DNA of 43,252 bases, taken from assembly GCA_044869275.1 (NCBI GenBank), contig JBIOXB010000252.1, forward strand, positions 1 through 43,252, read 5' to 3'. This document shows positions 10,277 to 18,684 of this stretch, piece after piece. Within the stretch, counting starts at the first letter, position 1, and the number at the start of each line of letters is the position of its first letter. The translations under genes and the position numbers were made by a program. The notes under the pieces are model-generated. The model saw only the letters and a list, made by a program, of their open reading frames with translations. It was not told the DNA's origin and did not search any database. The stretch comes from a bacterium. Lineage in GTDB: Bacteria; Zhuqueibacterota; Zhuqueibacteria; Zhuqueibacterales; Zhuqueibacteraceae.

Positions 10277-11044
10277 TTACAGATGGTGTTCCAACAAGTA
10301 TTGAAAAAAATCTGCCGCACCCTCGGCAGCGTGCTGCTGGGCAAAATAAACGCGCGCATAATCCTGCAACGAGTTCTTGACTGCTTGGTCTGTGCCAACG
10401 CATGCCAGCCAGCCGCCGCCGCGGCGAATGAAATCAAATGCCGCCTGATCGTTATTGGAATCGCCCACAAAGGCGGCGGTGCGCGGCGCAACCTGCAAGA
10501 GTTCACACACCAGCTCGATGCCTCTGCCTTTGTCGGTGTCACGCGCAGAAATATCGATAGCCGCTGAAGAATAGGTGATTTCAAAATCTGCCAGTTCCTC
10601 TTGCAAAGCGGTGGCGACACGCTGGCTCCAAACCGGCAATTCGTCGGCGCGGTGGCGAGGAAAACTTTTGGGAAAGAGAGTGAGCATGTGCTTTTTCTCG
10701 CCATCAATCCTCAAATGCTCCAGCAAGCCGCTCGTGGCAATTTTTTCCGCCAACCTGGCGAGGCGCGAGGAGGCCAAGCCGCCGCTCCGGCGCGCGTCCC
10801 ATTCGTTTGCGGCGGGATCGAGGATGATCTCCGCGCCGTTTTCAGCAACGATTGGGCCGTTCAAATCGAATATCCGATGCACCGCGCACGCCGATAATGT
10901 TTCGCGGCCCGTCACCAAGCCGATGGCGACACCCCGGGACATGAGTTGCCGCAGCAACGGCAACAAGCGCGGGGAATGGCCGCGACCGTTCGTGCCGGTG
11001 AGCGTGCCGTCAATGTCGCAGAGCAACAATTTGATGTTTGACAA
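10277..11044 (-). CDS. HAD-superfamily subfamily IIB (Cof/SPP-like) phosphatase or phosphomutase
   Basis: Motif I CDIDGTLT, motif II VTGR, AENGA, motif III DKGRG and motif IV GDSNND; TTG start. Confidence 0.85.
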   Translation of the reverse strand: MSNIKLLLCDIDGTLTGTNGRGHSPRLLPLLRQLMSRGVAIGLVTGRETLSACAVHRIFDLNGPIVAENGAEIILDPAANEWDARRSGGLASSRLARLAEKIATSGLLEHLRIDGEKKHMLTLFPKSFPRHRADELPVWSQRVATALQEELADFEITYSSAAIDISARDTDKGRGIELVCELLQVAPRTAAFVGDSNNDQAAFDFIRRGGGWLACVGTDQAVKNSLQDYARVYFAQQHAAEGAADFFQYLLEHHL

Positions 11045-11074
11045 GCTTTCAAAAGCCTTTCGTCATTGTAGCGC

Positions 11075-14000
11075 TTAACGCAGGACAACAATTTTCTGTG
11101 CGCGCCTCTGCGACGCCGTTTCCAAAATCAAGACATAGATCCCAGCCGGAATGTTTCCCGCATTCCAGATGATCTCGTGGCGGCCGGCGGATTGCGGTCC
11201 GCGCTGCAACGCCACGATTTCTTGTCCAAGCAGGTTGAAAACGCGAATGGTCACATGCACCGTTCGCGGCAATTCATAGGTCAACCTCGTGTCACGCACA
11301 AGCGGATTCGGGTAGCTCGGCTGCCAGTTCAATTCATACGGAGGGGCCGTGCCCTGCTCGCCTTCTTCGCGCACGGTCGTTGCCGGAGGCAGCCTCCATT
11401 CCACCGCCAGCGCTGCGTTCACCGGATGGGCAAAAATCTTCCTCTGCACCACGGGCTGCAGCATGATATAATCGACGATCGCCGTGCGCTGCGGATCAGC
11501 TCCGGCATAGCGCAAAACGATCTCATGGTCGCCCGCGGGCAGCGTCATTCTCTGTGGCGCAGGAGTCACCCACAAAAATGTAGCCGAGGCTCCGCCCTGC
11601 GCGTGAAATTGTGCCACACCATTCACTTCAATTGAAACCCCGACGGCATTCGTGTCGCCGGATTGCCAGCCGAACTGGAGATAAACGGCATACTCATTAT
11701 TCGCCGCTGTCGCGGAGGAGGTGGTCACGCGGTACCGCACGGCGTCGTTCTGGCGCAGCTCGAGATAGCGTCCATTGCTTACTTGTGCCGGGCCATAAGT
11801 TTGAGAATTGGAAATGAAGGGCGAGCCGCTGGCGATGTTCGAATAATTTTCCGCTTCGAGAATGCGATAGGCCTGCCGGCTTTGTTCGCGGTAGAAAAGA
11901 AAGGGCTGCGCTTCGGGCTCATAAAAAACGATTTGCAAGCCGAGCAGGCCTTCCGCCACGGACTCGCCGCCGCTGTTCAAATTCACGCCGTTGCGGTCAA
12001 TGCCATCGTAACACCGGCCGGTGCTGGAATCATACATCGCGAAGTTGGCGATATTGTTGCCCAGCCACCAACTGCCGCATAGTCCCGCCCATTGTGCGTA
12101 TCGTTCTTCATTCGTGGCTTGATACAGCGCCACCAGGCCCGCGACGGCCGACGCCGTGCCGTATTGAATCTGAGCATACTTTTCAAAGGAAGGATTGACT
12201 TCCGCGAGCCAATCAGCAGTGAGCAGATGCAAATAAAAGTGCTCCGCGGCCTTTTGCGCCGCCGCGATCCAATCCTGCCGCTGCAAAACTTTTCCCGCCA
12301 GCGCCAGGGCCATCATTTGCCGGCCGCCCCAGGCATGCCAAAGATGAATATTGTTGGGAGAAGAAATGAACATGCCAAAAGGAAATTGCGCAGCCTCGCC
12401 CAACTGGCAGGCGGCAATGCCGTCGCATAATTTTTCGAGCAGAAGGCGCGCGTCAGCATTGGCCGTGGTTTGATAATAATAGGCCAGACCCAAGACCATC
12501 TCTGCGGAAAAATCCGCGCCGTCACCCAGCAGCCAGCCACTGGCAGGCACACGGAAGCCGTAGCGAACTTGAAAAGAATACGCCGCGGTGACGGACCGGC
12601 TGGCCTTCGCGACCGCGCGATCCAGGCGTTGGAGGAGTTGCAGTTGCATCTCCGGCTCGACATCTTCCTCTGCGAAGACTTGCAGCGCGTAACCCATGGC
12701 CCAAACCGCACGGCCGGCCCACCAGTTGAAGCGATCGTTGTTGCTGGTCGTGCCGTTGCGATTGATGGAATAGTCCGGCCAAATGAAATTATAAAAGCCG
12801 CCATCATCAGCTTGCATGTAAAAAAGAAAGCGCAACAGCAGCCGGGCCTGCAGCAGGCTGTGCTGATCTTTGCTGCGCGCAAAATGATCCAAATAAGCAA
12901 CCGCCGCGCGCGCGGCATCGTCCACGGCCGCAATACCCTCGTCCGCATCATCAACCCATTCGTAATCGGGGTAATTCGAATACAAATGCACGATCGCCAT
13001 GGTGTCGCCTTGAGTCGCGATGGTCTGCGTCATATGATCGAGATGGGCAAAATTGATCAGGCCTGTGGCCGTGGGCAGGTGAATCCCGCCCAGAAGGAAG
13101 GGATTGATTCCTTCGACACCGTCAGGATCTTGCCAGGTCACCCGCACCTCGTATGACCCACCCGGGGTGAGCCCGGTCAGCGTCGCGTGGAATTGATTTC
13201 CTGCCCGCGCCATGGGTTGTTCCGGCGACCACGTTGTGGCCGCGCGATACGCAAAACTCGCGGAGGCATTTTGATTCTCGTCGCCCAGAATTTGAGCCGT
13301 AACCGTGATGGCGTTGCTGGTATGCACTTCCTGCACGTTCTGCACAATCGTATGCGCCAGCGTTCCGACTTTGACAAACAGCGCCGGCCGCAGAGTGGAA
13401 TCCCCGTGCTCGCTGGAAATAAAGTCGAGTATGCCGTTGTGTATGGAAATATCGGTCTCACGCAGCGCGACGCCAAAATTGGAATCGGGATGCGCAATCC
13501 ACTCTTGCACGACTGCGGTGAGCGGCCAGGCAAACCAGTCGAATTTCAAATCCGCCGGCGAAAAAATCTGCGTGGCGGCGGGATGCGCCGCGCGATCTTG
13601 CGGAATGCCGTTCCCGCCGGCGAGCGCCCATGCCGCCGTGTTGAATTGCGCATATTGCCAATTGGCTTCGCCATTTTGCGCAGGGCGGCCGTCGAAACCG
13701 CCGGGGTCGTCGCCGGTGCCCTCGCCCCACGTGCGGGATAGTCGATAGACCCCCAACGTTTTTTCGCCGCGCAAGGGTGTTCTGGTTTGCGCGAGATAAA
13801 GTGCGACCCAGGCGGAGTCAATTCGTAAAGTTACCGGCAGCGCGGAAAGATCGAAGCGCAACAGCGCGTGCTTGGCATCGGACTCCCCGCCATTGCCCGA
13901 GGCCTCCAGCATGATCTCGTCCCCGGCATTGTACCCTGGTTTGTTGCTGAGAATGTGATTATCCGCTGTGCCGGCATAACCCGCGCGTCCCTGCTGAAAA

Positions 14001-14080
14001 ATGAAAAGTTGCTGCGCGTGGCTGCTCTGCAGCAGCAGGAGAATCGCAAACAGCGCGCTGCCTCGATATGAAGGCTTCAC
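11075..14080 (-). CDS. Secreted multidomain protein: DNRLRE-like + FN3 + uncharacterised (alpha/alpha)6 domain + CBM6/35-like + T9SS-type C-terminal sorting domain
   Basis: Signal peptide; ALLRFDLSALP..IDSAWVALY (DNRLRE-like); LTGLTPGGSYEVRV (FN3); EGIAAVDDAARA..GRAVWAMG..NSGGES core; ILEAENY (CBM-like); YPNP..IRVFNLLGQEI..AGIYVL..KIVVLR C-terminal domain. Confidence 0.8.
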   Translation of the reverse strand: MKPSYRGSALFAILLLLQSSHAQQLFIFQQGRAGYAGTADNHILSNKPGYNAGDEIMLEASGNGGESDAKHALLRFDLSALPVTLRIDSAWVALYLAQTRTPLRGEKTLGVYRLSRTWGEGTGDDPGGFDGRPAQNGEANWQYAQFNTAAWALAGGNGIPQDRAAHPAATQIFSPADLKFDWFAWPLTAVVQEWIAHPDSNFGVALRETDISIHNGILDFISSEHGDSTLRPALFVKVGTLAHTIVQNVQEVHTSNAITVTAQILGDENQNASASFAYRAATTWSPEQPMARAGNQFHATLTGLTPGGSYEVRVTWQDPDGVEGINPFLLGGIHLPTATGLINFAHLDHMTQTIATQGDTMAIVHLYSNYPDYEWVDDADEGIAAVDDAARAAVAYLDHFARSKDQHSLLQARLLLRFLFYMQADDGGFYNFIWPDYSINRNGTTSNNDRFNWWAGRAVWAMGYALQVFAEEDVEPEMQLQLLQRLDRAVAKASRSVTAAYSFQVRYGFRVPASGWLLGDGADFSAEMVLGLAYYYQTTANADARLLLEKLCDGIAACQLGEAAQFPFGMFISSPNNIHLWHAWGGRQMMALALAGKVLQRQDWIAAAQKAAEHFYLHLLTADWLAEVNPSFEKYAQIQYGTASAVAGLVALYQATNEERYAQWAGLCGSWWLGNNIANFAMYDSSTGRCYDGIDRNGVNLNSGGESVAEGLLGLQIVFYEPEAQPFLFYREQSRQAYRILEAENYSNIASGSPFISNSQTYGPAQVSNGRYLELRQNDAVRYRVTTSSATAANNEYAVYLQFGWQSGDTNAVGVSIEVNGVAQFHAQGGASATFLWVTPAPQRMTLPAGDHEIVLRYAGADPQRTAIVDYIMLQPVVQRKIFAHPVNAALAVEWRLPPATTVREEGEQGTAPPYELNWQPSYPNPLVRDTRLTYELPRTVHVTIRVFNLLGQEIVALQRGPQSAGRHEIIWNAGNIPAGIYVLILETASQRRAQKIVVLR

Positions 14081-14145
14081 TTTGGGCTCAAAATCCCAAG
14101 TTTATGAGAGCGATAGAAGAATCGCAGATGAAGACCGCTGCCGGT

Positions 14146-15069
14146 TCAAATCTTATGGCGCTTGAGCTCTTGCACCAGCTCGCTCAATTGGCATTTGGCA
14201 AGGCCGATGGCTTTGTCAGCGCCGCCGTAATAAACCAGCAGCTCATCTTCAAACAAGGCGGTCCCGGTCGGAAATACGACATTGGGCACGTCGCCGACTT
14301 TTTCGAACGAGCGCTGCGGCTCGAGAATTGGCTCGGGAAAGCGCGCCCTCACCCGCAGCGGATTGTCCAGATCCAACAAGGCCGCACCCGCGCGATAAAC
14401 CAGTTTGTCGTCCACGCCATGATAAATCACCAGCCAGCCCTCATCAGTGCGAATGGGCGGTGCGCCGCCGCCGATCTTTTTCGCTTCCCATTCGTATCGC
14501 GGCCGCAGCGCAGTGTAGCGTTCGAGATCTGAGAGATGATTTTTCCAATAATCCTTTTCCGGATGCAGCAGATGCTCGAGATCGCTGAAAAAGGCCAGTT
14601 GAATATTCGGCTCGATGCGATGCATCAAAATCAATTTGCCCTTGACCGTCTCGGGAAAAAACATCGCGTCCTTGTCCCAGACCTCGGGAATGATGATGCC
14701 GTGCCGTTCAATCTTCTTGAAGTCGGCAGTCGAGGCCAAACACACGCGCACGGTGACGCCGTCGTACGCGACATACACGAGATAATAGCGCCCCTCGAAC
14801 TGGCTCACGCGCGGGTCTTCCACCCCGCGTTTTTCTTGTGGTCCTTCGCGGCGCAAAATCGGCTCCGGCCAGCGCTCCAATATCTTTCCGGCGCGATCGA
14901 GCCGCGCGTAGCCGAGGGTGGAATAATTGTCGCCTTCTACCGCGCGATAGACCAGATGAACGTGATCTCCGGCGCGAATCGCGGCGGGATTAAAGACGGC
15001 TTGGGATTCCCAAGCGTGGGCCTTGATCGGTTCGAGAACAGCCTGCTCATGTCTTTGCAACTGGAACAT
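14146..15069 (-). CDS. GH130 glycoside phosphorylase, beta-1,2-mannoside phosphorylase-like
   Basis: Motifs WESQAVFNPAA, YRA, GVEDPRV, KDAMFFPE, HR, WEAKKIGGGAPPI, IYHGV, YRAGAALLD and PNVVFPTG. The basic phosphate-binding residues appear retained. Cytoplasmic. Confidence 0.9.
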   Translation of the reverse strand: MFQLQRHEQAVLEPIKAHAWESQAVFNPAAIRAGDHVHLVYRAVEGDNYSTLGYARLDRAGKILERWPEPILRREGPQEKRGVEDPRVSQFEGRYYLVYVAYDGVTVRVCLASTADFKKIERHGIIIPEVWDKDAMFFPETVKGKLILMHRIEPNIQLAFFSDLEHLLHPEKDYWKNHLSDLERYTALRPRYEWEAKKIGGGAPPIRTDEGWLVIYHGVDDKLVYRAGAALLDLDNPLRVRARFPEPILEPQRSFEKVGDVPNVVFPTGTALFEDELLVYYGGADKAIGLAKCQLSELVQELKRHKI

Positions 15070-15109
15070 CTTTTTTCATGCCTCCATGAGAATGTCGTGT
15101 GGTGCAGAA

Positions 15110-15257
15110 TTGCTGGATTGCTGGATTGCTGGATTACTGGATTGCTGGATTACTGGATTGTTAGAGTAGTGCAATATTCCATCAATCCATCAATCCATCA
15201 ATCCATCAATCCATGAATCCGTCAATCCACCAATCCATTGATCCATCCCTCCAGCCT
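15110..15257. repeat. Inverted octamer tandem-repeat hairpin A
   Basis: Left arm TT(G/A)CTGGA x6-7 (15110-15165); right arm TCCATCAA and variants x~10 (15178-15257). Confidence 0.9.
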
Positions 15258-15266
15258 TTCACTCCT

Positions 15267-16562
15267 TCACTTTATTAGTTGATACAACCTTCCCCGCGCC
15301 ACCGCGCTGGCTTCCACCTCCAGAAGGGCGAGCAGCGCTTCAATGGTCGATTCCGCGCCAGCGTTGCGGTTGATTTCATCCTGGGAGAGAATGCCGTCGT
15401 AACCGCGTCCGCTGCGCGGATCGTACATCTGCGCCTGCGCGGGATTGTTGCCGAAAAACCAGGTGGCCAATTCGCCCGCGGCTTCGGCATAACGTGGCTC
15501 ATCGGCAATCTCACCCAGGCGCAATGCCGCCACCACCATCGGCCGCACGGCATAGGCGATCTGCGGAAAACTATCCGCGCGCGCCACACGCCAATCGCGC
15601 GGTGCAAATTCCATCTCGCGCAGCCAGAAATTCTTCCTCCAAAATGGATGCAAAAAATCAGCCTCGCGCTCAACGGCAATGCGAATCTTGTCGTCCGGCA
15701 GCACCGCCGCCGTTAACGCCAGCGCCTGTGACTGGCTATTGCCCCAGCCGTGCCAAATGTTCCTCCAGGAAAGAAACAAGCCCCGGAATCGTGATCGCTC
15801 GTCGTTGATTTGCATGGCCAGCAGGCCGGTGGAAAATTTGCTGAGATACTCCAGCACGCGCGGATCGCGGGAAGCCCCGCCATAACTCGCCAAACCCAGC
15901 ATCAATTCCGAAGTAGCATCGGCGGCAGAATGATACAGCAGCCATCGCGGCGCGGGAAAGCCGGAGCTCGTGTCGATTTCGGCATAATGCGCCAGCAAAG
16001 TATCGAGGTGAAAGAATGTTTTACGTAACGAAGCTTGCAGAGACGCGGCATATGAAGAATCTTGCTTTTGCCAGACGCGATACCCTTCGCCCAAAGCCCA
16101 AACGGCGCGCCCCGTCCACCAGCCCAGGCTCTTGAAGCTGGTATGGCCCTCGCGATTGATGCTGTGATCGGCACGAATAAAATTATAGAACAGCCCGTCG
16201 TGCGCTTGCATGGCGCGGACAAACTCCAGCAGCATGCGCGCACGGCGCAAGCTGGAGGCATCGCCACTGATCTCGTAATGGCGCAAATAAACCACCGCCG
16301 CGCGCGCGGCATCATCGACGCAGGCAATGCCTTCATCTTCATCACCAACCCAGCGATAGTCGGGATATTCGCAATAAATGTGCACGATCGCAACCGCCTG
16401 GCCGGCGAGTTTGATCTCTTCATAAAGATGATTGAGGTGAGCCAGGTTTGCCAGACGCAACTCTTGCTGTTGTGCTTTTGCGCCAGGGATGAAGAATGAG
16501 AACAATAGGATCAAAAAGAAATTGATCCCCAAGGAGCCAAACCAAAACGCCGAGGGGCGCAA
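15267..16562 (-). CDS. Secreted or periplasmic uncharacterised (alpha/alpha)6-barrel protein, paralog of the core of 11075-14080
   Basis: Motifs EGIACVDDAARA, MQAHDGLFYNF, WWTGRAVWALG, WHGWG and WFFGNN..MYDPRSGRGYDG..NAGAEST. The start is uncertain: TTG 16562 gives a clean signal peptide, while ATG 16757 (ATGA overlap with the permease stop) is also in frame. Confidence 0.8.
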   Translation of the reverse strand: MRPSAFWFGSLGINFFLILLFSFFIPGAKAQQQELRLANLAHLNHLYEEIKLAGQAVAIVHIYCEYPDYRWVGDEDEGIACVDDAARAAVVYLRHYEISGDASSLRRARMLLEFVRAMQAHDGLFYNFIRADHSINREGHTSFKSLGWWTGRAVWALGEGYRVWQKQDSSYAASLQASLRKTFFHLDTLLAHYAEIDTSSGFPAPRWLLYHSAADATSELMLGLASYGGASRDPRVLEYLSKFSTGLLAMQINDERSRFRGLFLSWRNIWHGWGNSQSQALALTAAVLPDDKIRIAVEREADFLHPFWRKNFWLREMEFAPRDWRVARADSFPQIAYAVRPMVVAALRLGEIADEPRYAEAAGELATWFFGNNPAQAQMYDPRSGRGYDGILSQDEINRNAGAESTIEALLALLEVEASAVARGRLYQLIK

Positions 16563-16577
16563 AAATCCCGAGCTAAA

Positions 16578-16678
16578 GTCATCCCGTGAGACCTTTTTTG
16601 AGCGTTTGGCACAATGCCAAAATGAGAGGCAGTGCCAATACTTCACAATCCCGACGCCTTCGGGACTGCGGAACGACA
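16578..16678. repeat. Degenerate GTCAT-type palindromic element with an internal TCCCGA..TCGGGA mini-hairpin
   Basis: Imperfect inverted ends gtcatcccgtgag (16578-16590) and ctgcggaacgaca (16666-16678); internal tcccgacgccttcggga at 16649-16665. Confidence 0.5.
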
Positions 16679-16753
16679 TGGAGGGCGGAGTATTCATTAT
16701 ACCGTGCCTCGCACCAGCAGCGCCTGGTTTGCGCCTTGGTTCTTTGTATGCAA

Positions 16754-17563
16754 TCATTCTTTTAATCCTGTGGCAGCCATGCTGGCAATGAAATATTTTT
16801 GGAAAAACGTATACGCGACGACGATGGGCAGGGCCAGCAAAGTAGCCGCGGCCAATTGCACGCCAAGCTGGCTTTCGGCGGCGCCGCCCACGACGAACAG
16901 AGCCACCAATTGCGGCATCACCATTAATTCGCTTTTGCGAATGGTCAGAATCGGCCACAACACTTCGTTCCAAATGCCCATGAAGGTGAGAATGCCGACG
17001 GTAATCAACGTGGGCACGGACAGCGGCCAAAAAATGCGGAAGAGAATGCCGAAATTGCTCGCGCCGTCGATGCGCGCGGCATCGATGACGTCCTGCGGAA
17101 TGGATTTGAACGCCTGCCGGAACATGAGCACGCCCATGGCATTGATGGCATAGGGCACAATGAGCGCGAGGTAGGTATCCACCCAGCCCAGCTTCACCAT
17201 GAGAATGTACAACGGGATGAGGATCAATTGTACCGGCAAAATCATGGTGAGAATGACCAGCGTGAAGATCAAATTTCTGCCGTGAAACTGCAGCCGCGAA
17301 AGCGCGAAGCCGGTCATGGAGCCCAAGATTAACACCATGAGCACGACCGCAAGCGAGACGAGCAGGCTGTTGGCAAATGCACGCAGCAGCGGTATTTTCT
17401 GAAAGACGGCCACGTAACTCGCCAGCGTCAATCGCGACGGAAAAATATCGAGGCCGCCGATTTCATTCTCCGGCCGCAGCGTGGCGGAGAGCATCCACAA
17501 GAAGGGATAGATGAAAACGACCGCGGCGAGTGCGAGAGAAATGTAGCGTAGGATTTTGTGCAT
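16754..17563 (-). CDS. Carbohydrate ABC transporter permease (MalG/CUT1 type)
   Basis: Six TM segments, YPFLWML, the EAA-loop variant IPQDVIDAARIDGAS, WNEVLWP and AATGLKE. An alternative TTG start lies at 17578. Confidence 0.93.
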   Translation of the reverse strand: MHKILRYISLALAAVVFIYPFLWMLSATLRPENEIGGLDIFPSRLTLASYVAVFQKIPLLRAFANSLLVSLAVVLMVLILGSMTGFALSRLQFHGRNLIFTLVILTMILPVQLILIPLYILMVKLGWVDTYLALIVPYAINAMGVLMFRQAFKSIPQDVIDAARIDGASNFGILFRIFWPLSVPTLITVGILTFMGIWNEVLWPILTIRKSELMVMPQLVALFVVGGAAESQLGVQLAAATLLALPIVVAYTFFQKYFIASMAATGLKE

Positions 17564-17587
17564 CGATCTATTTTTCAAGGAATTTTT

Positions 17588-17654
17588 ACGGATGAAAAGC
17601 TGCCAATGGATGGGAGAAATTTTATTAAAAAATCCGTTGGCAGCCTTTATCCGT
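17588..17654. repeat. Intergenic inverted repeat between the two permease genes
   Basis: acggatgaaaagctgccaatggat and atccgttggcagcctttatccgt are near-complementary arms around an AT-rich loop. Confidence 0.75.
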
Positions 17655-17679
17655 TGGTCTTAATCTATCCGCTGGCGAT

Positions 17680-18534
17680 TTATTCTCGCTCCACCAACCT
17701 GCGTTGCAGAAGCACAACCAACAGCACAATCACCGTGAACGCAAAGCCGAGCGTGGCCGCGTATCCCATGTGATAAAAAAAGAATCCCTGCTTGTAGATG
17801 TAGAGCATCGCCGACATGGTGCGATTCATGGGGCCGCCGCCGGTCATGATGTAAGGCTCGATGAACAGCGAAAAGCCGCCGATGGTCGACAGGATGACCA
17901 CCATGAACATTGTAGGATTCAATGCGGGCAGCGTCACTTTTCTAAACTTTTGCCAGGCACTGGCGCCTTCAATATCAGCGGCTTCGTACATTTGCCTCGG
18001 CACACTTTGCAAGCCGACCAAAAAAAGTACGATGTACAAGCCGACGTTTTTCCACGTCGCCATCAGCGCAATCGCCGGCATGGCAAAGAGCGGCTCGGTG
18101 AGCCAGCCGATCCTGGGCAATCCGATATGCGCCAGCAACGCATTCAACACGCCCGTGTCGCGAGCATAAAGCTGATCCCACAGAATCGAAATAACCACCC
18201 CGCTGACGACCACCGGCAAGAAAAATACGGCGCGAAAAAAGCCGCGCCCCCTGAGGCGCTGGTCCAATTGCACGGCTAAAAACAGCGCGATGACGATTTG
18301 CAGCGGAATATGCAACAGCAAAAAGATGCCGGTATTCAGCATCGCCTGCCAAAATAAATTGTCACGCAACAGCTTGGCAAAATTCTCCAACCCCACCCAC
18401 ACCATCGGCGAAATGATATCCCACCGGTGGAAAAGCAGCAGCAGCGAGAACACCAGCGGAAAGCCAATGAATACGGCGAAATGGAGCAGGTATGGAAAGA
18501 CGAACAGATAACCACTGTGGTCGCGAGAGCGCAT
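17680..18534 (-). CDS. Carbohydrate ABC transporter permease (MalF/CUT1 type)
   Basis: VGLENF, FFRAVFFLPVVVS, EAA loop MYEAADIEGAS, and MTGGGP. Start set at ATG 18534 because the longer ORF only translates the repeat. Confidence 0.93.
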   Translation of the reverse strand: MRSRDHSGYLFVFPYLLHFAVFIGFPLVFSLLLLFHRWDIISPMVWVGLENFAKLLRDNLFWQAMLNTGIFLLLHIPLQIVIALFLAVQLDQRLRGRGFFRAVFFLPVVVSGVVISILWDQLYARDTGVLNALLAHIGLPRIGWLTEPLFAMPAIALMATWKNVGLYIVLFLVGLQSVPRQMYEAADIEGASAWQKFRKVTLPALNPTMFMVVILSTIGGFSLFIEPYIMTGGGPMNRTMSAMLYIYKQGFFFYHMGYAATLGFAFTVIVLLVVLLQRRLVERE

Positions 18535-18558
18535 CAAAGATTCTCGAGAATTGAAGTC

Positions 18559-18679
18559 TTGGATGGATGGATTATTGGATTGTTGGATGATTGGATGACT
18601 GGATTGTTGGACTCCCGTACTCCAACAATCCAACAATCCAACAATCCAACGATCCACCAACCCGCCAATCCCATCATCC
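18559..18679. repeat. Inverted octamer tandem-repeat hairpin B
   Basis: Left arm TTGTTGGA/TGATTGGA/TTATTGGA units (18559-18611); right arm TCCAACAA x3 plus variants (18621-18679). Confidence 0.9.
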
Positions 18680-18684
18680 GGGTT

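Noticed and set aside
15110..15257. Octamer arrays as CRISPR or as coding repeats
   Set aside because: The units are 8 nt with no unique spacers and there are no cas genes. The translated SINPSIHQ/LLDCWIT peptides are read-through artefacts.
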